Shown here in pieces: positions 19,396-26,414 of a stretch of 53,416 nt of DNA. Within the stretch, counting starts at the first letter, position 1, and each line of letters begins with the position of its first letter. The position numbers and the translations under genes are program-made. Origin of the DNA: a virus (Duplodnaviria > Caudoviricetes); the IMG/VR virus record IMGVR_UViG_3300033998_000181, positions 1 to 53,416 of that record. The stretch is one strand, 5' to 3'. The notes under the pieces are model-generated. The model was not told where the DNA came from, ran no database searches, and was given only the letters and a program-made list of their open reading frames with translations.

Positions 19396-19441
19396 CTAAC
19401 GTATACGTTTGATTACGTTGACTGTTGCTTGCCGAAGGTGT

Positions 19442-20431
19442 CTACGTTGACTGTTGCTTGTCAATGGTAACTATATCGATTACTTTGTCGTCTTCGTCGG
19501 TTGGCTGCTGATCGTTGACCGTTGATTGACCGTCAGTTTCTTTGATTCCTTGTAAGTCTATCGGCAACGCGCCCGCTTGATTGAGGATTCGCAGTATCTC
19601 GAAGAGTCGACTCTCGCCCGCCTTCTGCCCTGTACCAGTGGTTAGGGTGCCTTGGTCGCTAGGGGTGTTCTGTTGTAGTATATTGAAGACGGCAGTTGTT
19701 CCACCGTGACAGTCGCCTTGTTTCGGCGGGCCGTCGGGCGGGAGCCCTAACGAGGTGCGGTGCAACCGTACCGCAAGTTCGAGAAGTTCGATGACCGTCT
19801 TGCCGTTTATCTCTTCGGGATTCTGTTCAAGGAACTGTAACGCCCTATCGAATAGCTTTTCAGCGGCTTTGGCGTGCTTATTCTCTAACTTTTCTATCTC
19901 CTTGCGTCTGCGAAGCTCCCTCTCTGCTTCAGTAAATTTGTCATACGCCATACACCGAACACGCCAGTGCCGTAGCTTGGAAAGAGCCATGAGTGCTTTA
20001 GGATGCACTTTTGTAAGCTCTGCTAACTTGGCAATAGATCTGGTACCGCTGAGAGGGTTATAAGGCATGTCCCTATACTGTTTAAACAAATTGTAATCGT
20101 CGATACTCTCATTCTCGAGTCGCTCCCAGATAGGAACACCATCTATAGTGGGAAACCCCTCAAGGTAATTGATGGGTATTGCAGCATCTAAAGGGTCATC
20201 CGCAACAGAAAATGTAGCAAGCGTAGGCGCATCTATAAGCGCAGTAGGAAGCCCTTCGTTACGTGGGTCCTTGCAAGTAGGTATTACACTCTGTGCCTGA
20301 ACCACTCTCTCTGCGAGTTGCGACATAAAGGCAACTTCTTTGGCTCCCCACATTTTGACCGACGTGAAGTTACCTGTGCTAGTTAGGTTGTAGTTGTGAT
20401 TGTTGGTAGTGTTATTAGTAGTGTTGTTCAT
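19442..20431 (-). CDS. Putative terminase small subunit
   Basis: Directly upstream of terL; WERL.NES..Y..F..YRD...RS..W..R...YD helix-turn-helix-like pattern. Confidence 0.6.
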   Translation of the reverse strand: MNNTTNNTTNNHNYNLTSTGNFTSVKMWGAKEVAFMSQLAERVVQAQSVIPTCKDPRNEGLPTALIDAPTLATFSVADDPLDAAIPINYLEGFPTIDGVPIWERLENESIDDYNLFKQYRDMPYNPLSGTRSIAKLAELTKVHPKALMALSKLRHWRVRCMAYDKFTEAERELRRRKEIEKLENKHAKAAEKLFDRALQFLEQNPEEINGKTVIELLELAVRLHRTSLGLPPDGPPKQGDCHGGTTAVFNILQQNTPSDQGTLTTGTGQKAGESRLFEILRILNQAGALPIDLQGIKETDGQSTVNDQQPTDEDDKVIDIVTIDKQQST

Positions 20432-20455
20432 TTTAGACGACTCCTTCTTACTTTA

Positions 20456-20484
20456 ATTATACATCAAAATCAAGGACAAGGCAA
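20456..20484 (-). promoter_or_regulatory. sigmaA-like promoter of the packaging/structural operon
   Basis: TTGCCT-17 nt-TATAAT upstream of the terS RBS. Confidence 0.6.
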
Positions 20485-20751
20485 CGGTTGTTTTTGTGTT
20501 TTTGATTTCGTGTCCTTGAGGGATTGCAAGGAATCGTGAGGGACTACATAATTTTGTAACAAAATGTTACCTGTAGTTTTGAGTAGTGTGTGGTGGTACA
20601 ACAAGGGTATGTTTTCGTTCGCGAGGAGCATTTGCTTTATATACGAGTGGTGTCTCAGTAAAGGTGCATTGTTCCCCGCGAAGTTTCACGTCATGTCACC
20701 TTTGGCCGCGATGCCCCTGCCCGGGCGCGTCGGACGTGAAGCGCGTTGCTT

Positions 20752-20888
20752 TTTAACCTAGTAAACAACTAAGTCGTGCCCTGTTTAACCTAGTAAACAA
20801 GTACACTACCGGCGTTTTACTAAGTTAAACTGGCAAACTGTCTACTGAGTAAACAATTAGTCAGCTAACACTTTAACTTAGTAAACTT
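20752..20888. repeat. Five copies of a quasi-palindromic TTTAACYTAGTAAAC motif
   Basis: tttaacctagtaaacaa twice, inverted ttttactaagttaaac, ctactgagtaaacaa, tttaacttagtaaac. Confidence 0.75.
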
Positions 20889-21121
20889 GTACACTAATCC
20901 ACAGCCATACATCGAACCTGCTGGCCCCTGGGCGCCGCATGGCCCATCCTCTCTGTACCGGGCCTGTAGTATACATTGGGCGCCCACGTTACATGGGGTA
21001 AGGCGTTTTCTAGGGAGCCCCCATTTTGGGTGGTAAGTAGTCAGCGTTTTCTAGGGAGCCCATGATTGTCGGAAGTTAAATGTATAGCGGGCGCCCACGT
21101 TGGGCCTGCTAGGGAATATTA

Positions 21122-21146
21122 AGAGCCCAGATTGTGTCTGGGCTCT
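21122..21146 (-). terminator. Hairpin after small early gene
   Basis: AGAGCCCAGA-ttgtg-TCTGGGCTCT, just after the stop at 21155. Confidence 0.6.
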
Positions 21147-21154
21147 CTGTACTG

Positions 21155-21322
21155 TTATTCTCTGTCTTCATCTGTGACTACCTCGTCTTCATCTGTGACT
21201 ACGTTGTTAGGAAAGGGCCACCCGTAAGGTCCTACACCTTCTTCTACTTTACAATACGCGCAGTGGTCAATCCCATCATAACATAACTTGCAGACGGTTC
21301 CACACAGTTCGCTTCTCTTCAT
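21155..21322 (-). CDS. 55-aa Cys-rich protein with acidic tail
   Basis: Translated by hand: MKRSELCGTVCKLCYDGIDHCAYCKVEEGVGPYGWPFPNNVVTDEDEVVTDEDRE. Has an AGGAGG RBS, its own promoter and a hairpin. Confidence 0.7.
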   Translation of the reverse strand: MKRSELCGTVCKLCYDGIDHCAYCKVEEGVGPYGWPFPNNVVTDEDEVVTDEDRE

Positions 21323-21352
21323 TGTAGTGCCTCCTTTATCTTATTTTTGTTT

Positions 21353-21382
21353 ATTATATACAAAACATAGTACCAAAATCAA
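21353..21382 (-). promoter_or_regulatory. Early-type promoter TTGATTTTGGT...TATAAT
   Basis: TTGATT-18-TATAAT; the same extended -35 occurs at 22643-22672 and 23190-23219. Confidence 0.75.
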
Positions 21383-21811
21383 TATGGTAGTGTTATATTT
21401 TCGAAGCATATCCCGGTATACAGACGGCAACCACTTACATACAGGTCTAACGTTTTCATGAGGCGCCTGCAGCGGTACCGACCCTCAGGTTCTATGCAGA
21501 GCTGGTTTTATATGTGTTCTGCGTTTTCTAGGGCGCCCACTTTGAGTTTGGTTATATAAGGGCGAGGCGTTTTCTAGGGCGCCCGTACCAGTTGTGTGTA
21601 GGGGCCTATTACCGGTCCGCGTGCGTTAAAGAGGTGGCTGAGGAAGATGCTACGCCAAGCGCTAGTGGGCGCCCACTATATCGTAGTAGCAAGACGCGGG
21701 CGTTTTCTAGTTCCTGCCCAGCACTCGTGGGCTCCCACGATACAGCTGGCACATAAGTTACAGTGTTTTCTGATGCCTGCCCAGCATACTTGGGCGCCCA
21801 CGTGTTGGGAG

Positions 21812-21840
21812 CAAAAAGAAAGGAGGGCGTGTAGCCCTCT
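21812..21840 (-). terminator. Rho-independent terminator
   Basis: GAGGGC/GCCCTC stem, followed on the minus strand by a T-rich tract. Confidence 0.55.
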
Positions 21841-21868
21841 GTGCTTAGCTACGCGTCGAGTCTCCTCT

Positions 21869-22063
21869 TTATAACATAGCGAACACTTCGTTCCACTCTT
21901 CATCTAGTCGTAATACAGTAGCTAAGTCGCAAATAGCTCCTATCAATTCCAGCGCGCGTAGGAAGTAATCGTGTTTGCCAGTTAGTACATAACTTTCCAT
22001 ACGGTCACTGACATGCTCCATTTGCATCTTGTAGAAACATTCGAACGTTTGCTTCTTATCCAT
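21869..22063 (-). CDS. Hypothetical early protein
   Basis: MDKKQTFECFYK... after an AGGAGGT RBS. Confidence 0.65.
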   Translation of the reverse strand: MDKKQTFECFYKMQMEHVSDRMESYVLTGKHDYFLRALELIGAICDLATVLRLDEEWNEVFAML

Positions 22064-22220
22064 AGTTGATGTACCTCCTCTTGGTGTAATCACTTGTCAC
22101 CTTCATCACTACGAACCATGGGGTCACTAATATCGCTTTTCCGTACCAAGGCCCGACTCTGAAGTAGTGCCCCATTGTTGGCTTGATCATCTGTTTTGTC
22201 CCAAACACCTTCAGCCTCAT
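22056..22220 (-). CDS. Hypothetical 54-aa early protein
   Basis: Translated by hand: MRLKVFGTKQMIKPTMGHYFRVGPWYGKAILVTPWFVVMKVTSDYTKRRYINYG. AGGAGG RBS; overlaps the next start. Confidence 0.55.
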   Translation of the reverse strand: MRLKVFGTKQMIKPTMGHYFRVGPWYGKAILVTPWFVVMKVTSDYTKRRYINYG

Positions 22221-22269
22221 AGTGTCGCCTCCTCGTACTTGTGGTTTAGGTAGGAAAAGGAGGTAAGCC

Positions 22270-22599
22270 TTAGCTTACCTCTGAACTCTCTTGTTCGTCC
22301 TCCTCGTTGCCTTCCTCTAACTGTTGGCGGAACTTTCTAACTACTTGGTGCACAAATGCGTAGTTGGTGTTCAGCTTCTTAGCAATTTGACCCGGAGTTA
22401 ATCCTTGTGCTGCAAGCTCCCTGATCATCTGGGAAGTGGTTACTGGATTAGCCTTCCTCACCTCTTCTCCCTTCTTAGCACAGTGACGCGATATCACGTT
22501 GTACGCAAACTGGTAACGCACTCCTACGGCCTCCGCGATCTCCGCTACTGTCATGTTAGTGTTGTCGTACATCTCTCTAATCTGTGCACTCTTAGACAC
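22270..22599 (-). CDS. Tandem helix-turn-helix DNA-binding protein
   Basis: Two repeats: S..IRE...(G)..VAEIAEAVGVRYQFAYNV and PGQIAKKLNTNYAFVHQV; acidic tail. Confidence 0.75.
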   Translation of the reverse strand: MSKSAQIREMYDNTNMTVAEIAEAVGVRYQFAYNVISRHCAKKGEEVRKANPVTTSQMIRELAAQGLTPGQIAKKLNTNYAFVHQVVRKFRQQLEEGNEEDEQESSEVS

Positions 22600-22642
22600 G
22601 GTAAACCCCTCCTGTTATTGGTTATTGTGTATTGTTACTTTT

Positions 22643-22672
22643 ATTATATCACATCTTGAGTACCAAAATCAA
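22643..22672 (-). promoter_or_regulatory. Leftward early promoter
   Basis: TTGATT-18-TATAAT. Confidence 0.75.
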
Positions 22673-23189
22673 GGTGGTACTTCAAAATTTTTCTGAAGTG
22701 TAACCACTTAAAGGTAAAGAGCGTTTATATGAGGCCCACGTTTTATATGCGACCCCGCCTCGCCTTGGGCGCCCACCGGTGGCCGGCTAGCAGTTTCTTT
22801 GAGGAGCCATAGAAAACGACCTGCACTTAGCAACAACTCTCTTTAAGGAGACATAGAAAACGCGCCGTCCTCATGTAACAAAAGACTCATGAGACGTCTA
22901 TCTAGTGGGCGCCCAATGGGCCTCGGGAGCTTCATCAAGAAGCTCCTTTACTTGTCTCTGCCCTAGCAGCGCGCCTACTCAGCAACTTTGCTATATTGCG
23001 GACAAATGTAATGTTTACATCGAGAGATTCCGCAATTTCCTCTGGTGTGAATCCCATCTCCAGAAAAGTTCTAATCTCAGAAGCCTTATTTCAGCTATGA
23101 CCTGCTTCAACAAGCCACGCGGCTCCCTACCAGTGTTGGGTGCATTCTGCACAGTGGGTGCGGCCACTTGAAGAATTTCAAATGCCCTC

Positions 23190-23219
23190 TTGATTTTGGT
23201 TCTTGATTCATGATATAAT
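23190..23219 (+). promoter_or_regulatory. Rightward early promoter
   Basis: TTGATT-18-TATAAT, with an AGGAGGTG RBS downstream. Confidence 0.75.
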
Positions 23220-23267
23220 CATATCAAAGATTATTGATCAAAACTACACAGGAGAGGAGGTGATGTC

Positions 23268-23489
23268 ATGTTCTGTCCTCTACTTTCGGTGCCGGCGGAT
23301 GAATACATTCCGTGCCCGCACACGAACGGTATAAGTGAAAAGAACGAAGCGGCACGCTGTTGCTGGTGGAACTCTATGGCACAAGAGTGCTCTTTCACAA
23401 CGTTAGCGAAAGCCTTTACACCTAGACATGTCGAGGTGAGTACCCATGAAAAGACGCAATCACGGTGGTTTAGAAAAGACGCAGACTGA
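23268..23489 (+). CDS. Hypothetical Cys-rich protein
   Basis: MFCPLL...C...CCWW...C; strong RBS; first gene after the promoter. Confidence 0.65.
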   Translation: MFCPLLSVPADEYIPCPHTNGISEKNEAARCCWWNSMAQECSFTTLAKAFTPRHVEVSTHEKTQSRWFRKDAD

Positions 23490-23670
23490 GCGACTGAAGG
23501 AGCGTTGTTTGGAGTCGCTTGCTAAAACAGTGAGAGTTCTCGATGTAAACGCTGACGACCCTGACCGGATCGTAGTTACGCTGATGTGTGAAACACCATG
23601 TGAGACTGTTTACTTGACGTTCTATGTTAATGATAAAGGTGCTGAGCTCATGGACGCATGCGCTGAGTAG
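23446..23670 (+). CDS. Hypothetical protein
   Basis: GAGGTG RBS; operon context. Confidence 0.5.
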   Translation: MKRRNHGGLEKTQTERLKERCLESLAKTVRVLDVNADDPDRIVVTLMCETPCETVYLTFYVNDKGAELMDACAE

Positions 23671-23719
23671 CAACTTAACAAGTCAAATAACTAACTTAAC
23701 CAAGGAGGGTCAAATAAAC

Positions 23720-23923
23720 ATGAAGGTACAAAACAACACTGTAAGTGCGGAGTTTCTTGAGAGGAAGGAGACAAAAGGGACATACTCGTTCTACGAAGTG
23801 GATGACGGGACCGGAGAGCAACTCACTGGGATCATCTACATCAAAAAGGGAGCGCTGCGCAAACTCGGGTATAAAACAGGAGACATTGTTGTAGTTACTG
23901 TCAGCGTCAAAAAGGAGGGCTAG
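23720..23923 (+). CDS. Small beta-rich protein, possibly AbrB-like
   Basis: MKVQ...IYIKKGALRKLGYKTGDIVVVTV; AAGGAGGG RBS. Confidence 0.6.
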   Translation: MKVQNNTVSAEFLERKETKGTYSFYEVDDGTGEQLTGIIYIKKGALRKLGYKTGDIVVVTVSVKKEG

Positions 23924-24403
23924 ATGATGGTGACGCAAAGTTACGAAGAGATCATAGCTGAGCTGAAGGAGAGGCTTGCTATTCGCGATGCGTTCGCGGG
24001 GTTGAAGAGAAGCTTCGAGGACCTAGTGAAGCTTTTCGGTTTGTACGGATTACATTACAGTGTGCACGGTGAACTCGAAGTACATGTAGAAAAAGGGAAA
24101 CTCCAGAGGTTGTGTCGTGTACTAGGTACCGAACTGCACACCATCAAAAGGAGTAGTTATAAGTTCTACCCCATAGAGCTCTACACATACGTCGAAGGCA
24201 TCAAAGTTTACGCATTGACAGGAGATGAAAATTATGCGCAAGAGACGTTGGAACCCGAACAAGTGTGTACCACTACAGATTCTGCACTACCTGATAGGGG
24301 CGCTAGCTCTAACACCGATCCTACTATACCTCATGAAGGGTATAATGTAGAGGAGTCAGAATTCGAAAGAGAAGAGGAACGGAGTGGTCGAGATTCCTAC
24401 TAA
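23924..24403 (+). CDS. Hypothetical protein
   Basis: 159 aa, AAGGAGGG RBS, abuts the previous stop. Confidence 0.6.
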   Translation: MMVTQSYEEIIAELKERLAIRDAFAGLKRSFEDLVKLFGLYGLHYSVHGELEVHVEKGKLQRLCRVLGTELHTIKRSSYKFYPIELYTYVEGIKVYALTGDENYAQETLEPEQVCTTTDSALPDRGASSNTDPTIPHEGYNVEESEFEREEERSGRDSY

Positions 24404-24549
24404 GACAATCGCTCAAACAACGCGCTCCAGTCATTACCTACAACGTGACGATTGAGCAACTGAACCTGTATCTACAAGGAAACATCGAGGAGCTCATTCC
24501 TAAGTCAGGGCGATTCGAAGTCTATAACCCACGAAGAAGAAAGAGATAG

Positions 24550-24578
24550 AGGAGGCGGTACAGCCTCCTTTCTTTCTT
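24550..24578 (+). terminator. Rho-independent terminator
   Basis: AGGAGGC-6 nt-GCCTCCT followed by TTCTTTC. Confidence 0.7.
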
Positions 24579-24699
24579 CGCGCTGCCTCTTCTTTCTACC
24601 ATGGGGTATGTGGTGCGTACTTTAAAACGCCGCGGTGCTTTGTGAGAGCATGACTCTTGCAAAAGTCCGTGGTTGTGGGGAAATATTTTCAGAAAATTC

Positions 24700-25425
24700 A
24701 GAATTTTGAAACTGGATCTGTTGGATCCAAAAATTTTTAACTTCTTTTTTTATATATTTTTATTCCCCATATTAATTAATATATTTAATTATTTCTATAT
24801 TAATTATTTCTATATTAACTATTTCTTTTTTCTTTATATTTTTTTTTTTAATTTTTTAGATCCAAAAGATCCAATTTATTCCCCATTCAATATTTATAAA
24901 GGTTTTTTAATGCACTTTTAATTGATTTCCCCTAAACTCAGGATCGTATACAAAAATTTACAATCTCTAACAAAAAGGCAACAAAATTAACAAAAGCTAC
25001 TAAATTAAACAGTTTGATAAAATTTTTACTCTACAACTGTCACACGTTCGCTCACTATAACTCACTTTTTTTACTTATTTTCCAAAAACTCTTACAAAAG
25101 CTAACAAAAACTAACAAAAAGTTACAAAAGTTTCCTAATTTGGATCAGAGCCTTGCTCCAAAATCACCGATCCAAACAAAATTTAACAAAAGCTAACAAA
25201 ACTTCACAAAAACTAACAAAAAATAACAAAAACTTACTCCCCCTCACTGAAAAATCTGACATTCGGAAACTCACAAAAACTAACAAAACTTCACAAAAAC
25301 TTACTCCCCAAACTTACTTAACTACAGAAATGATTAAGTCACCTAAACAATTTCTAAATTTTTTCCAAAAATAAATTCAAAATTTCTTGATCCAACAGAT
25401 CCAATCTGTTCCCCATTCAATAATC
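24700..25425. other. Putative replication origin (AT-rich, repeat-bounded)
   Basis: Very AT-rich with a T-rich then A-rich strand bias; 15-bp inverted repeat at 24713-24727/25389-25403; 34-bp direct repeat at 24859/25389; many (C/T)AACAAAA iterations; close to the primase-helicase gene. Confidence 0.6.
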
Positions 25426-25693
25426 TCTAAGCTCCCCACGAGGATCTATTTTTCTTCCCCAAAATTTCAAACCAATCAAACCAATCACACAACGAACCTT
25501 AACACAGAGCCTCGAACCGCCAATGACACCACGCCGAATGCACCCAAAAAACCCACCTGGTAGAGTCGAGGCACAGACTGCGCCTACCAATCGTTCGAGG
25601 TGGTGAGCTGAAGCGCAAGAAATTACAGGCACTCAACGGACTGTGGGCACCCAAAGACCTAATCACAGAGCAAGTTATCCGAACTAGACAGAC

Positions 25694-25719
25694 AAAGGCC
25701 TACTAAAACGTAGGCCTTT
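25694..25719 (-). terminator. Hairpin terminator
   Basis: AAAGGCCTAC-6 nt-GTAGGCCTTT downstream of the leftward replication operon. Confidence 0.65.
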
Positions 25720-25759
25720 CCTAAGTTAACTACCAGCTTCCTAAGTTAACTTCAATTCT

Positions 25760-26014
25760 CTAAGCCAATTGTATGTTAATTTCTACTTTAGCTTGTCCAA
25801 CCTTCTCAAACCTCCACTTGTGACGTCCGTTAAACTCGATTCTTGTTCGAAAGTCAAACAGTGGGTAGACGTAAAGTTTCCTGTCTTCTAATCGCATGCA
25901 AACCACTGTACTCGCATTGGATCTAGAGTCTCGTGCAATGCCTAATATTACGTACTCTTTCCCTCGATGGCACTGCCAGATATCGCCTACCACCGGAGAA
26001 GGTCTCGTCTTCAT
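25760..26014 (-). CDS. DUF1653-like protein
   Basis: G..W..H.G..Y...GIA.DS....VV...L...LYV.PL..F.......RF pattern. Confidence 0.65.
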   Translation of the reverse strand: MKTRPSPVVGDIWQCHRGKEYVILGIARDSRSNASTVVCMRLEDRKLYVYPLFDFRTRIEFNGRHKWRFEKVGQAKVEINIQLA

Positions 26015-26056
26015 AAGTGCACCTCCATAAACGATTTCACTTTCAATAATGCCCCT

Positions 26057-26100
26057 CGCTCCTTCATCCGCTCCTTCATCCGCTCCTTCATCCGCTCCTT
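26057..26100 (-). repeat. 12-bp tandem repeat (AAGGAGCGGATG) x3.7
   Basis: CGCTCCTTCATC three times plus a partial copy on the + strand. Confidence 0.95.
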
Positions 26101-26374
26101 ACTTCTGTCCTTGTCTCCTTAGTTGAAACTGTGTACCATCCTTCAACTCTATTGTGTCAAACATTTTTAGTGGGCCGCGCCACTCTCCGTTTCTCTTCAC
26201 GTACAGCTTATCGTCCGCGCGCGCTTTGCACCAGATGCGAACAAAATAAGCACTGACAGTACCTGCAGTGGTGCAGATTACTGTTTTACCATTGACAATT
26301 ACTGGTCGTAGCTGTCTCGCTTCGCCGCCACCAGTCACCACCAGTCACCACCAGTCACCACCAGTCACCACCAT
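26099..26374 (-). pseudogene. Small beta-grasp-like protein gene interrupted by a 10-bp repeat expansion
   Basis: AGGAGG-ATG (26374) is in frame with ORF 26099-26341, but the third repeat unit supplies an in-frame TGA. Confidence 0.55.
26331..26370 (-). repeat. 10-bp tandem repeat (TGGTGACTGG) x4
   Basis: CCAGTCACCA four times on the + strand. Confidence 0.95.
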
Positions 26375-26414
26375 CTTTGACCTCCTACATGATTCCTGTT
26401 TCTTGCCCCGGGGC

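Larger units (their letters stand above)
20977..22915. repeat. Dispersed GGGCGCCC palindromes and GCGTTTTCTAG motifs in intergenic DNA
   Basis: GGGCGCCC-centred sites at ~20977, 21088, 21531, 21577, 21663, 21791, 22766 and 22906; GCGTTTTCTAG at 21003, 21044, 21521, 21567 and 21700. Confidence 0.85.

Noticed and set aside
20977-21803. Palindromic repeats as a mini-CRISPR array
   Set aside because: Repeats are short, variable and irregularly spaced, with genes between them.
21647-21903. ORFs 21647-21874 (+) and 21676-21903 (-)
   Set aside because: They run through the palindrome field and a terminator, with no convincing RBS.
24673-25374. ORFs in the AT-rich region
   Set aside because: F/I/N- or K/T/N-rich translations of low-complexity DNA with no RBS.
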